From: a virus
Taxonomy: Duplodnaviria; Caudoviricetes
Strand: one strand, 5' to 3'
Virus record (IMG/VR): IMGVR_UViG_3300025138_000180
Location: 1 to 33,148 of that record
Length of the DNA stretch: 33,148 bases
A model generated the notes under the pieces. The model searched no databases. It saw nothing but the letters and a program-made list of their open reading frames with translations, and was not told the DNA's origin. Made by a program: the position numbers and the translations under genes. Of this stretch, positions 8,971 to 19,350 are shown piece after piece (position 1 is the first letter of the stretch; each line of letters opens with the position of its first letter).

Positions 8971-9270
8971 TTAATGATAGTTTCCTTTTCCATAACTAAC
9001 CTCCAAGTATTCTATTTTTGTTACCCAACCTTTAGGTATAGCAATAGCTCCACCTCCATGATTGTCATCTTTGTCTGTACACCATGAACGCATAATGACA
9101 ACTTTTTCTATGTTATCTACTACCATCCAACCTACTTCTTGACACACAGCTAAAGGAGCTTCTTGTATTTCTTTAATAGACAACCATCCTGTCTCCTGAT
9201 CCCTGGCATCAAGCCAAGTTATTCGAACCATTGGACATTTGGTAATATCGAACTTTTCTGTACTAGACAT
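8971..9270 (-). CDS. Conserved phage hypothetical protein (WxDA...GW...IP..W pattern)
   Basis: 99 aa; VRITWLDA...GWL...VGW...IAIPKGWVTKI. Confidence 0.75.
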   Translation of the reverse strand: MSSTEKFDITKCPMVRITWLDARDQETGWLSIKEIQEAPLAVCQEVGWMVVDNIEKVVIMRSWCTDKDDNHGGGAIAIPKGWVTKIEYLEVSYGKGNYH

Positions 9271-9278
9271 TATTGCTC

Positions 9279-9307
9279 TTGTGTTATACCAATATTTTGA
9301 CTATAAT
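9279..9307 (+). promoter_or_regulatory. Sigma70-like promoter for the ejection-protein operon
   Basis: TTGTGT (9279-9284), 17 nt, TATAAT (9302-9307). Confidence 0.55.
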
Positions 9308-9385
9308 TGTATGATTAAATAGGCATAATGCACAAGTCTAGCCTCCTTGCTCAAAACAGTACAATTCATAATTGCAATAGGAGAT

Positions 9386-10927
9386 ATGTTTAAGAATCTA
9401 GTTAAAAAGATCAAAGGAGTCGCAAAAAAAGTAGCACCATACGCTGGTGTTGTTGCGGGTATGTTTGGGGCTACTCCCCTTATGGCAGCAGGCATAGGAG
9501 CTCTTGGTGGAGGATTAGGTACAGGAAGTGTGAAAGGCGCCGTTCTAGGCGGTCTTGGCGGTTTCGGTTCAGGAACCATGTATGGTGGTCAAAACCGATT
9601 ATTTAATACAGGACTTACTAACAAAATGTTTGGCATTGAAAATGCTGGTACAGGTGGTTTCTTTAACCCAATGAACAAAGGTCTTGGTGATTTGTTAATG
9701 GCTAGATCTCCTGATCAATTAACAGGTTCTATAATTCCAGGAGGAACAGATGGAATACCTGTTGATCGTTTTATTCCAGGAGAAACTCTTAAAGGCGAAA
9801 CAGCTATGTCAAGATTTAAAGATGCTTTAACAATGGAAAACAATCCATTAACAGGTAAAGCATTAGCACCAGGTAGCATGTATCGTTATTTGCCGGCAGC
9901 TCTTGGAGGTACAGCACTTGCTTATGGACTCGGAGCATTTGATGAAGAACCAATTCCTGAAGATGAAATTCCAAAAGAATATAAATACGATCCGGATAAC
10001 GATCCCCTTAAAAATATAAACAAAAGATTTCAAGATTACTATCAAGGTATAACACAAATACCATCGTCATCTATTTATGGATACTTACAATCAATAGGTG
10101 CATTAAAAGAAGGTGGCATTCCTCGTGGTTATTCAGCTGGTGGATCAATGGCACAAAAAATGGATGTACCCGGACAGTTTTTATTAAACGATCCATCTAA
10201 AACACCACTATCTGTTTTAGAAGCAGCAGATGGTATGGGAATACAAGATCTTGAACAATATGTTGATACAGGCGAAGGTGAAGGCATGGATCAAGGAGTA
10301 GGTGCTGCTAAAGAAGTATTAATGATGGGTGCAGCAGAAGCAATGAAAGAATTAGGAACAGGTAATTCAAGTGATCAATTAGATTTAACAAAAGGTCAAG
10401 AACAAGCAGTTAAAGACGGAGCTACTAAAGTAGATATGACAGATAATCAAGAAGCATTTTATAGTAGTCCTTCTGATGAAGGTAAAACATTTGGTAACGG
10501 AGAATTCTATTATGATGATCCTAAACTAATTGAGTTTATACAACGAAAAGCAGATAGTAATGGCACTACATATCAAGAAGAATTATTTAAATATGTACAA
10601 GAAGTAGAAGAATTTTATAAAAACAAAAAAGCTAACGGTGGTTTAGCAGCATTTGACCAAGGTGGAAAAATCATGGGCCCTGGCACCGGCCGGGAAGATG
10701 TTATACCAGGAAAAATAGTTGATCAAAACACAGGACAAACAAGTGATATGTTGGTAAGTAATAATGAACATATTATACCAGAGTATGCATTGTATGCTAT
10801 GGGTGGAGGAGACACGAAAAAAGGACATGATATGATGGATGCTTTAAGAAAACAAACTAAACCTATGGCACAAGATATGGGTTACAATTTTAAAGGTGCA
10901 GAAGATGGGAGCGTAATGTATGGCTGA
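9386..10927 (+). CDS. Putative internal virion / DNA ejection protein
   Basis: Start moved from 9347 to ATG 9386 (AGGAG RBS at 9379-9383); basic amphipathic then Gly/Ala-rich hydrophobic N-terminus; C-terminal GPGTGREDVIP...MLVSNNEHII motif. Confidence 0.7.
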   Translation: MFKNLVKKIKGVAKKVAPYAGVVAGMFGATPLMAAGIGALGGGLGTGSVKGAVLGGLGGFGSGTMYGGQNRLFNTGLTNKMFGIENAGTGGFFNPMNKGLGDLLMARSPDQLTGSIIPGGTDGIPVDRFIPGETLKGETAMSRFKDALTMENNPLTGKALAPGSMYRYLPAALGGTALAYGLGAFDEEPIPEDEIPKEYKYDPDNDPLKNINKRFQDYYQGITQIPSSSIYGYLQSIGALKEGGIPRGYSAGGSMAQKMDVPGQFLLNDPSKTPLSVLEAADGMGIQDLEQYVDTGEGEGMDQGVGAAKEVLMMGAAEAMKELGTGNSSDQLDLTKGQEQAVKDGATKVDMTDNQEAFYSSPSDEGKTFGNGEFYYDDPKLIEFIQRKADSNGTTYQEELFKYVQEVEEFYKNKKANGGLAAFDQGGKIMGPGTGREDVIPGKIVDQNTGQTSDMLVSNNEHIIPEYALYAMGGGDTKKGHDMMDALRKQTKPMAQDMGYNFKGAEDGSVMYG

Positions 10928-11858
10928 AACACAAATTATTCAAAATTTACCTCCTGAGTATATACAAGAAGGTTACACAAACCTTATTGAAAACGTACAA
11001 GATTATGTAGGAGGAGCACAGCCCCTTCCTGATTTTGAGTTAGCAGGGTTATCTCCAGCACAACAACAAGCATACAAAATGGCGTATGCTAATATGGGTT
11101 ATAGTTATGATCCATCAACAGGGTTTACAAAAACAGGCGATGCTCTCGGATCATCGGAAATGGCACAAGGTTTAGGTGCTTTAGATAAATACGGAGCGCA
11201 AGCCGGCGATTTATATAGTCAATCAGCAGCAGCTACTTTTGATCCAGGTTCTTATCAGAATTACATGAATCCTTACATGGATAACATTACTGATAAAATA
11301 AATGAACAATCACAATTAGCACAAAACCAAGCAGCAGGACAACAAGCTATGGGTGGTGTCTTTGGTGGCTCAAGAGGACAGATACAATCAGGAATGATTG
11401 ATGAAGCAAGAATGGGTACTATTCGTGATGCTTACACAGATCAATTTAATAATGCAATGGGACAAGCATACGGTGCTTTTACAAATCAACAACAAAGAGG
11501 CATGGCAGGAGCTCAAGGTCTTGGTGCATTAGGTATGGGATTAAATCAAGGATATCAAAACCAAGCTCAAATGGCACAAGGTATGGGACAACAACAATTC
11601 TCTACAATGATGGGTTTAGGACAGCAACAACAATCAGGAGCTCAAGCAGAACTAGATCGTCAAAGAGCAAATGTTTTACAAGCACAAAATCAACCTATGC
11701 AGTTGTATGGTTTTATGTCAGATATATTAGGTGGTTCACCATCTACAATGGGATACCAATATCAACAATCTTACGGACAACCTGGAAGTCCTTTCTCACA
11801 AATGTTAGGAACTGGTGCTTCGTTGCTCGGAGGTTTAGGTACGTTAGGTAAACTCTAA
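10920..11858 (+). CDS. Gln/Gly/Met-rich DNA transfer (ejection/pilot) protein
   Basis: YMNPY...GVFGGSR motif, Q-rich helices, hydrophobic Gly-rich C-terminus. Confidence 0.7.
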   Translation: MAETQIIQNLPPEYIQEGYTNLIENVQDYVGGAQPLPDFELAGLSPAQQQAYKMAYANMGYSYDPSTGFTKTGDALGSSEMAQGLGALDKYGAQAGDLYSQSAAATFDPGSYQNYMNPYMDNITDKINEQSQLAQNQAAGQQAMGGVFGGSRGQIQSGMIDEARMGTIRDAYTDQFNNAMGQAYGAFTNQQQRGMAGAQGLGALGMGLNQGYQNQAQMAQGMGQQQFSTMMGLGQQQQSGAQAELDRQRANVLQAQNQPMQLYGFMSDILGGSPSTMGYQYQQSYGQPGSPFSQMLGTGASLLGGLGTLGKL

Positions 11859-14110
11859 TGGTAAATAATTTTTTTATTAATCCTAATTCTTCTTTATCGC
11901 AGGAAGAAAAAGATTTTAGAATAAATCAAAGAATTGTTCCTGAGGTTGCTAGACCTAATCAACAAACTTTTTTACCTGATGTAGGTGCAAGAATTGCTGA
12001 AGGATTTAAAAATTTTAATATTCAGGACTTTCAACAAAATAATGTTAATCAAATGGCTAGTCCCAACATGCCACAATTACCTAATTCGTCACAACTTAAC
12101 ACTATGAGCACACAAGCTTTATTAGATTTAAAAGGTAAGATAGAATTTCAAAAGAAAAATGCAATTTCTAATCAGTTTGCTACAGCTTATGACATTACTT
12201 TAACAAATATTAATACAGCTTTATCTGCTAAAACAAATCAAAACACTGTAAGTCAAAACCAAAATCTTAAAGATGAAGTAGTATCTGATCCTAATGATAA
12301 TATAGTTTTAGCAGCTACTAATGAAAATATACAAAGTAAAAACAGCGCTAATCCTGATTTAAATAAAAATTCAAGTACAGTAACAGCGGAAACCGGAGCT
12401 AATACAGGTAGTATAGATAATAAAAATGCAGCTGACGGAGTTATCGATCAATCATACAGTAGTGAAAATTTATATGAAACAGATGATGAAACAGTAGGAA
12501 TAATTACCACTACAATGAATGCCGGGTCTACTAATTCTAATGGTGAAACTGATCATCAAAAATCAGATAGATTAGCTTTAGAAATGCAAATTCAAACTCA
12601 ATTATCTAAAGCATCGGCAGATAATGCTGCAAACATTGTCACTGAGGAAAGACAACGTAACGAGGGAGAAGATCCTGAATTAGTTAAGAACAAACATTTA
12701 GAGAGAATAAGAGGTGAGCTTGAAAGCATTATGCCGGAGATGGAAGTTCCCAAAGAATTAATGATGTTAAAGTTTGGAACTGAATTGTTAAAAGCAAGAT
12801 CGGATAGAAGAGGAAAGTTGCCTAGATTTCTTGATGAATTAGGTCAAGCTCTTACACCAGTTACAGATACCATGATGGCTCTTAGTTTGGAAAAACAAAA
12901 ACAGGCTCGTGAGATTGGTGGTTTAGCTTATGAAATTTATAGAGATGAAAAAAAAGAAGCAAGAGAATTATTTAATCCTAATCCTGCAGCTTACGCAGAT
13001 GTATTAACAATAGGATATGACTCAAAAGGCACAGTAAATGGTCAAGTAGAATTTTATAAATCAATTCTTAGTCCCGGAGAAGCTGAAATGTATATGGGTA
13101 TGGTATATCCTGGAGAAATTAATGGTAAAAAAGTTCCTGATAACATGGTAGGCAAACCAATTTTTAGATTGTCTGATAAGTTAGCGGGAGATACAGCAGC
13201 AGGGCAAACATTTTTTGATGGACCTTTAGGTGGTGATGATGGTGCTAAAAAAGAATCATTAAACATGTTAAGTTTTATTATGCAAGGAGCAAACACCGCA
13301 TCGGAAGTATTAAGTATTGGTGATAAACATCATCAAAATGGAGAAAACATTTTTGGTATGAGTTATGAAGTTAGAAACTTTGGTAAAATGTCTAAAGATT
13401 TAATGACAGAAGGTTCTCAATTATTTCAAAAAATGGTGGGTATTGATCCTAATTATGCAACAGCTATTTCAGAAGCACCAAGTCAAGCACAAAAAGAATT
13501 GATTGCTTTAAACACTGCGTATGGTCTTAACTTAGATTATGCACAAATAGTTAATGAAGCCAATACAAATTACAAAGCACTACAAGCAGTTAATAAACAA
13601 AACTTAGATGAAGGTTATATTAGTGAAGAACAATATTTAAATGGACAAGAAGAAGTAAATCAAATGTATAGTGATGTAGGTATGTTTAGTTCATCTGATA
13701 TATCTATACTACCAATTTTACAAACCAACATGACGTTTTCTTACGCTCGTTATATTCAAGGATCTAACAGACTATTGAAAGACGTTATTAGGTCTGCTGG
13801 TAAAATAGTTAAGCTAGATGGATTTTTTAATACAGATCGTAAAGTTATGAACAGATACAATACGTTGTTAGATTTTTTTGTTAATGAATACAACCAAGAA
13901 CTATTAAAAGTATTTTCTACTAATCAAATAGAAGAAAATGGATATGCTTTATCAAGAGACGGAAGTGCTGTTAATGGAGGATATAATTTAGCGGGAACAA
14001 TTAATACTAATAATAACTATTCTGGTGCAGGATCAGCAATTAACGGACTAGACTTATCTAATGAATTAGATGGATTTTTACCTCCAGGAATAATAGAGGA
14101 TATACTATAA
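11858..14110 (+). CDS. Large putative internal virion/ejection protein
   Basis: 750 aa, helical with N/Q-rich N-terminus, TAATG-coupled; function inferred from position only. Confidence 0.6.
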   Translation: MVNNFFINPNSSLSQEEKDFRINQRIVPEVARPNQQTFLPDVGARIAEGFKNFNIQDFQQNNVNQMASPNMPQLPNSSQLNTMSTQALLDLKGKIEFQKKNAISNQFATAYDITLTNINTALSAKTNQNTVSQNQNLKDEVVSDPNDNIVLAATNENIQSKNSANPDLNKNSSTVTAETGANTGSIDNKNAADGVIDQSYSSENLYETDDETVGIITTTMNAGSTNSNGETDHQKSDRLALEMQIQTQLSKASADNAANIVTEERQRNEGEDPELVKNKHLERIRGELESIMPEMEVPKELMMLKFGTELLKARSDRRGKLPRFLDELGQALTPVTDTMMALSLEKQKQAREIGGLAYEIYRDEKKEARELFNPNPAAYADVLTIGYDSKGTVNGQVEFYKSILSPGEAEMYMGMVYPGEINGKKVPDNMVGKPIFRLSDKLAGDTAAGQTFFDGPLGGDDGAKKESLNMLSFIMQGANTASEVLSIGDKHHQNGENIFGMSYEVRNFGKMSKDLMTEGSQLFQKMVGIDPNYATAISEAPSQAQKELIALNTAYGLNLDYAQIVNEANTNYKALQAVNKQNLDEGYISEEQYLNGQEEVNQMYSDVGMFSSSDISILPILQTNMTFSYARYIQGSNRLLKDVIRSAGKIVKLDGFFNTDRKVMNRYNTLLDFFVNEYNQELLKVFSTNQIEENGYALSRDGSAVNGGYNLAGTINTNNNYSGAGSAINGLDLSNELDGFLPPGIIEDIL

Positions 14111-16872
14111 TGTTTACGTTAGAAGAATTATTTAATTTAAGACAGTCTGGTGAACAGGCACAGAATCAAGGATTAACATATAATTCCAACGAAGATCCTA
14201 ATCCATTTGTGTATACTGAAAGAGAACCTATGATATTTGAAATGGAAGAAGTCGTGGAAACTTTTGCCGATGGTGATCAACCAACATTCCTGCCCCCTGG
14301 ATCAAGTTTACCAACCAATATGTTTGGAGAAACACAAGCAGCAGAAAAAGAATCACCAAAGAAAAATTTTACTAGGTACGATCCTAAAAGACATAAAATA
14401 AAATTACCTGAAGTAAGAGAAGGTATTGCTTCTATAACATCTAAAGGAATGAAATCAGGTTTAAAACAAACTGATATAATGCGTAAAATAAATTTGTTTG
14501 TAGGAGCTGCAGGATATACAGAAAATGAAATAAATCCTAAAGCAGTTACCGATAACGTTATTAGAACTAATAGTTACAATCCAGAAAGACCTAATCCTTT
14601 TCCATGGACTAAACTTGGTATGAGTTTTGCTGGTTCGGTTGGCGGTACAATAGGTGGAGCTAGACTTGGAGCTATGGCAGGATCAATCGCAGGACCTGCA
14701 GGAACAATTGCAGGTGGTATACTTGGAGGAACTGTAGGTTATCTTTCAGGACTACTTGGATATGAAGGATTGTTAAATAATCTAAATGATAAAGGAATGT
14801 TATATACGCCTACTTATAATGAGATAGGTGAGTTTATGGGAATGAAGCAAGGTATTGATAGACCTGATGTAGCTGAGACCATGGACTATTTAAAAGAAGA
14901 AGCAAAAAGAGATTTAATATGGGGTACAGCTTTTGGTATGTTTCGTCCTGGCGTTGCTTTACTAAAAGGATTTGGGCGTAATGTTCTTGGAGGTGTAGGT
15001 AAGAACGAATTAAAAAGAGCCGAAGAAATACAAAGCTTAACAGGTATTACTCCTGGTACAACAGACATAAGTAGATATGGATTTGTTAGAGCTATGCCTG
15101 GAGCTATTACAAAACTACCTTTCTTAGGTGCAGGGTTTAAAAAAGGTTTCGATGAAAAACGTAGAACATTTATAAAAGAAGCAGATAAGTTATTTAATTT
15201 TGGTCCTTCTATAAATGCAGCTGAACTTGGACATGATTTATCTAAAGTTAGACAAGCAGTAACAAGTGATATTATACAAAATATTTCTTCTAAATATAAA
15301 ACGTATTTTGACGCAATAGGTAATGCTCCTGTATTTGATTGGTCTAATGCTAGAAACCTAGCAGGGGAAGCTTATGGTCGTTACAGTAAATTATTAGATG
15401 AAAGTCAAAAAATGGCATCACCTGCATATAAAAAATTAGAAGTACTAGCTAATAAAGGTCCAGGTAAAATGAGTGGAGAAGAGTGGTTGTACCATCGTCA
15501 GACATTAAACGAAATATTATTTGGTCCTGTACAAAAAGAAAATTATGGCCGAATGATGGATGATTTATATGCTGTAAGTAGAGAACTAGAAACATCTTTT
15601 GGTAAAATGACTAAGTTAAATCCAGGTGTATACAATCAAGCATTTGAAAGTTTGAAAGAAGCCGACAAAGCTTTTTCTGATATGACTGTATTATTTGGTT
15701 CTACAGCTATGAAAAAATTAGGGATGGATGAAAAGTTTGCTTACAATGCATTAGCTAAACTTCCTGGTTCTATTGAATCAGATCAATTATTTTCAAGAGT
15801 ATTTAATGATTGGCAAAGTCCTGAAGCGGTACAAAAACTATATGACTTTATAGGTCCTGAAGTTTTTGCTAAAGGTATGAAAGGTAAACTATTAGATGCC
15901 TTTGAATCATCATTTACTCAATCTAAAGGATCACCAGGCTTTCAAGATGTTAGTGTAGATTACTTTAAATCATTTGATGATTTAAGTTTTAACGCTGAAG
16001 TATTTAAAAAACGATTAGGTATTACCGGTGCAGGTAAAAAAATGACGGGAGGTGCTCCGTTTGCTGCTTTTGATAAAGGAATGGCTTTAGCAAGAGAAGG
16101 TGCTGATAATCTTCCTGATGCAAGAAAACTAGTAGCTTTTGCTGATGCTGCAGAAATATTCTTTAATGCAAAAAACATGAACATATCACAGTTCTTAACT
16201 CGTAAGACAACACTAGGTGGGTTTAGAGGATTTATTAATTCTATTGTTCCTACCCTTGCTGTATCAGGCGGGGCAGCTTCGGTTGGTGGGGCTATTCCTA
16301 GTATGGGAACACTTGCAGGTATTATTATGGCAAGAAAATTAGGTTATGTTATGTCCTCTCCCGTTACAATAGATTTATGGGGAAAAGCAATGAAAGGATC
16401 AGCAGGTTCTGCTAAACAAGGACGTTTATTTGCAGAAGGATTGCAGGCTTTACTACAACAATATCCAGATCTACCAAGTGAATTAGAAAATGAATTTAAT
16501 AATATACAAAACAGAGCTAATGATAATCCAACTATTATGGAACTGTATGAAAAAGATAGTAAAAAAATTACTGACTTATCCGCTGAAGATTTTATTGAAA
16601 ATTTAAAAGGTAAGTATGGAGATAGTAATACATTTATTGCTCCAGGTATGAGAACTGATAGCATACCTACTACTCCTGAAATTAAACCACAGGTAGATCC
16701 TAATGCTGTACCACAAATTAATCCTGGCACAATAAACACAACTCCGGTACAACCTAGTAATACAGGAGGATTAAATGTAATGAATAAAGTAAATCAAAAT
16801 TCTAGATTGGCTTTAGCAGGTAACGATCCGTTGATGCAAGGTATAGCTATGAATAACAGAAGGGCAATCTAA
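14110..16872 (+). CDS. Large putative ejection protein with glycine-zipper membrane segment
   Basis: 920 aa; GSVGGTIGGARLGAMAGSIAGPAGTIAGGILGGTVG glycine zipper and a second hydrophobic segment near aa 710-740. Confidence 0.65.
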   Translation: MFTLEELFNLRQSGEQAQNQGLTYNSNEDPNPFVYTEREPMIFEMEEVVETFADGDQPTFLPPGSSLPTNMFGETQAAEKESPKKNFTRYDPKRHKIKLPEVREGIASITSKGMKSGLKQTDIMRKINLFVGAAGYTENEINPKAVTDNVIRTNSYNPERPNPFPWTKLGMSFAGSVGGTIGGARLGAMAGSIAGPAGTIAGGILGGTVGYLSGLLGYEGLLNNLNDKGMLYTPTYNEIGEFMGMKQGIDRPDVAETMDYLKEEAKRDLIWGTAFGMFRPGVALLKGFGRNVLGGVGKNELKRAEEIQSLTGITPGTTDISRYGFVRAMPGAITKLPFLGAGFKKGFDEKRRTFIKEADKLFNFGPSINAAELGHDLSKVRQAVTSDIIQNISSKYKTYFDAIGNAPVFDWSNARNLAGEAYGRYSKLLDESQKMASPAYKKLEVLANKGPGKMSGEEWLYHRQTLNEILFGPVQKENYGRMMDDLYAVSRELETSFGKMTKLNPGVYNQAFESLKEADKAFSDMTVLFGSTAMKKLGMDEKFAYNALAKLPGSIESDQLFSRVFNDWQSPEAVQKLYDFIGPEVFAKGMKGKLLDAFESSFTQSKGSPGFQDVSVDYFKSFDDLSFNAEVFKKRLGITGAGKKMTGGAPFAAFDKGMALAREGADNLPDARKLVAFADAAEIFFNAKNMNISQFLTRKTTLGGFRGFINSIVPTLAVSGGAASVGGAIPSMGTLAGIIMARKLGYVMSSPVTIDLWGKAMKGSAGSAKQGRLFAEGLQALLQQYPDLPSELENEFNNIQNRANDNPTIMELYEKDSKKITDLSAEDFIENLKGKYGDSNTFIAPGMRTDSIPTTPEIKPQVDPNAVPQINPGTINTTPVQPSNTGGLNVMNKVNQNSRLALAGNDPLMQGIAMNNRRAI

Positions 16873-17966
16873 TGGGTTTCTTTAGTGATTTATTTGGAGG
16901 TAAGAAAACAGCTAGTCCTAGTAGTTCTAATGACAATAACTATAATAGTTATTTAGAAGCATCAGGTACTGGTAATCAAATTGCTAATGATCAAATTAAT
17001 AATTTAATTAATAATAATCAAAATTTAAAAAATCAACCAGGCACAGTTAATGTAAACCCAAAGTTTAACGATTTTATAAAAAGAAACACAGTTAATGGTG
17101 TACCTAACTCTGCAGCTCAAGCAATTATAAATCAATATGATGATGGAACAAATGCTTATCAACAACAGATGCAAGGTATTATTAACAGTAATCCTTCTGC
17201 AGCTGCGGCCTATGCTAAAAGATTTCCTGTAACTAATTTTTTAAAAACCATGGGTCCTAACATTGCAGGAGGAGGATTGTTTCCTGGCGGTGGATTAATT
17301 ATGAATGCTTTAGGTAAAGCTAAAGATGCAGGAGTTAACTTTTTAAATGCAGTACCAACAGGAGCTGCAACAGGAGTTATTGATCAAGGGTTTGAATTTA
17401 TTAAAGATAACTTTATGACATCCGGTTCGATAACAGAAAAACCAGAAGAAGTAGATGAGTTTAGAAATTACTTAAACAATTTAAAAGGATTAAACGCTTC
17501 TGCAGGTTCAGGAATAAGTCCTTTATTAGATACTCCAGCTAGTGCCACTAATCCAATTAACAGAGATGGTCAAATACAAAGAGACTCTACTCAAATAACT
17601 GTAGAGGACGTTGCGCAACAAGGATTAGATGGTTTCTTTGGAGGACAAAGTCAAACAGACAGTTTTGAAGATTTTGATAGAAGAATTCCTCCTAAAAAAA
17701 CAACACAAGATTATATAGATGAGTTTAATGAACAATTTAGTCTTAATGATAAACTAGAAATATTTGGAAAAAATCCATATGAAAGACAAATGATTTTAGA
17801 TCAAGTATCAGGATATTCAGGAATACCTGATAGGATGAATTACAAAATGGGAATAGATCCTGATAATAATAAAATGTACAATCAATTAGCAGGAGAAAAT
17901 AGAGACATGTCTCTTGAAGATTTTATGATAGACAATCCTGGCGGAGGAGTATTTAACTTAAGATGA
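16872..17966 (+). CDS. Hypothetical Asn-rich protein (possible virion protein)
   Basis: 364 aa; amphipathic MGFFSDLFGG start; TAATG-coupled. Confidence 0.6.
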   Translation: MGFFSDLFGGKKTASPSSSNDNNYNSYLEASGTGNQIANDQINNLINNNQNLKNQPGTVNVNPKFNDFIKRNTVNGVPNSAAQAIINQYDDGTNAYQQQMQGIINSNPSAAAAYAKRFPVTNFLKTMGPNIAGGGLFPGGGLIMNALGKAKDAGVNFLNAVPTGAATGVIDQGFEFIKDNFMTSGSITEKPEEVDEFRNYLNNLKGLNASAGSGISPLLDTPASATNPINRDGQIQRDSTQITVEDVAQQGLDGFFGGQSQTDSFEDFDRRIPPKKTTQDYIDEFNEQFSLNDKLEIFGKNPYERQMILDQVSGYSGIPDRMNYKMGIDPDNNKMYNQLAGENRDMSLEDFMIDNPGGGVFNLR

Positions 17967-18181
17967 ACTTCACCTTTAAAGATAGTGTTTGGGTCGTAGG
18001 AGTTTTTGTTGCTTTAGGTGCTACTTGGGGTATGACAAGTCAAAGAGTTACGGCTATGGAAACAGATTTAGATCGTATGGAGACGGCAATACAAATTTTT
18101 ACTAAAATAGAAACACGAATTGCTGTAATTGAAAACGAAGTTATTAATATCAATAAAAAACTTGAAAAGATGTCTAAATAA
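17963..18181 (+). CDS. Small membrane-anchored coiled-coil protein (possibly lysis-related)
   Basis: N-terminal hydrophobic helix VWVVGVFVALGATWG then heptad repeats; GGAGGAG RBS. Confidence 0.6.
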   Translation: MNFTFKDSVWVVGVFVALGATWGMTSQRVTAMETDLDRMETAIQIFTKIETRIAVIENEVININKKLEKMSK

Positions 18182-18204
18182 AAAAATTTTTATCCCGTAA
18201 ACAC

Positions 18205-18270
18205 CCCTACAATGCAAAGTTTAAGGGTGGGTAGGGTGATTGTACCAGAAAACTATGTTTTTGTTCTGGT
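18205..18270. terminator. Paired hairpins between convergent operons
   Basis: CCCTAC/GTAGGG (18205-18236) and ACCAGAA/TTCTGGT (18244-18270); not a canonical U-tailed terminator. Confidence 0.3.
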
Positions 18271-18284
18271 GTATAAAAAAACAA

Positions 18285-18494
18285 CTATAGCGTGCATTTA
18301 AGGTAAAACAGCTCTGTAATAGGTTTGGTTTTTCTAAATTCATTGTACAACCATGTACAATACTTATCACTCATGTCTCCACCTAAAAAATCATCAACAC
18401 GACAGTCACGCATAAACGTTTGGTAAGGTGAAAAATAAATAAATGCACCTACACATATTAAAATTGTAATACAAAATAAAATTATTTTTATCAA
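18285..18494 (-). CDS. Small membrane-anchored hypothetical protein
   Basis: 69 aa, hydrophobic N-terminus, FSPYQT..RDC...C motif. Confidence 0.65.
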   Translation of the reverse strand: MIKIILFCITILICVGAFIYFSPYQTFMRDCRVDDFLGGDMSDKYCTWLYNEFRKTKPITELFYLKCTL

Positions 18495-18694
18495 ATATCT
18501 TTTTTAAAATCTTGAATGCATTCAATTGAAAATCTAAAGTATTTATTCATCTCAAACTTTTTCCAACTAGATACAATTTCTTCACATTGTTCTTTAGGCA
18601 TTGGTTCATTCATTACCATTTGATTACCTGTGTACACCCAAGTGTCTCCGTTGTATCCCCACAAACTTACTACTAATAAAAAAACTTTTGTCAT
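18491..18694 (-). CDS. Hypothetical protein
   Basis: 67 aa with 4-bp overlaps to both neighbours. Confidence 0.65.
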   Translation of the reverse strand: MTKVFLLVVSLWGYNGDTWVYTGNQMVMNEPMPKEQCEEIVSSWKKFEMNKYFRFSIECIQDFKKDI

Positions 18695-19350
18695 CTCAAT
18701 CCTAATTTGCTCCTAAAGATATTTATCTTATCGAAATGCTTTGGTGTGATTTCGTAGATATCATTATCTTTGCAAAAGCGTATCGCACTTTTAAAATGAT
18801 TCCAAGCTTTTATTAATTCTTGGCCTTCTAACTCAAATTTTTGTAAGTGTAGATTTTGTGAACACATTAATACAATACCTTTTTTTATCTTAGGTCTATT
18901 AGGGAATGTGCTATTATGTGCTAGCACATAAGCTGCCAACTGACACATATACTTCCAACACCATTCTTTTCTTTTAGGTTTGTTTGATTGTTTAAAATCT
19001 ATAACAACAGGTTGATGATAATAAATACCAGCTAAATCTAGTCTACCATGATAGTGATCTCCAAATTTTAATTTAGATTCCATATGCCAACAATCTTCTA
19101 ACTTATGTTTGATTGCATGGTCATAGACTTGCTGTGCCATTTTTCTACCTAAGATACCTTCTTCTGTTAGATCAACACAATCTTTGTCATCACCAATCCA
19201 ATGCTCAAGAAACTTATGCATAGCCGTACCTACAGTAGAAGAACGTTTACTTATTCTTTCTGCTTCTTCATGACCAACTCTTTCTCTCCAGTTTTGTAAA
19301 GCTTCAGGATTATCTAATACTTGTAAAATTTTAGATATAGATACACTCAC
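18691..19350 (-). CDS. PD-(D/E)XK exonuclease (RecB/Cas4-like phage type)
   Basis: L..WR..VG..EA, GTAMH..LE, E..L....YHGRLD, IDFKQS.K.K, QL.AY motifs; GTG start overlapping the polA stop. Confidence 0.85.
   Translation of the reverse strand: MSVSISKILQVLDNPEALQNWRERVGHEEAERISKRSSTVGTAMHKFLEHWIGDDKDCVDLTEEGILGRKMAQQVYDHAIKHKLEDCWHMESKLKFGDHYHGRLDLAGIYYHQPVVIDFKQSNKPKRKEWCWKYMCQLAAYVLAHNSTFPNRPKIKKGIVLMCSQNLHLQKFELEGQELIKAWNHFKSAIRFCKDNDIYEITPKHFDKINIFRSKLGLR

Noticed and set aside
9347-9385. N-terminal extension of the 526-aa ORF from TTG 9347
   Set aside because: AGGAG sits before ATG 9386; the extension looks like leader RNA.
9301-9579. Pro-rich minus-strand 92-aa ORF
   Set aside because: Antisense shadow of Gly/Ala codons in the 9386 gene.
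18691-19350. Cas4 as part of a CRISPR system
   Set aside because: No repeat-spacer array or other cas genes, and no Cas4 four-Cys set; an ordinary phage exonuclease beside polA.
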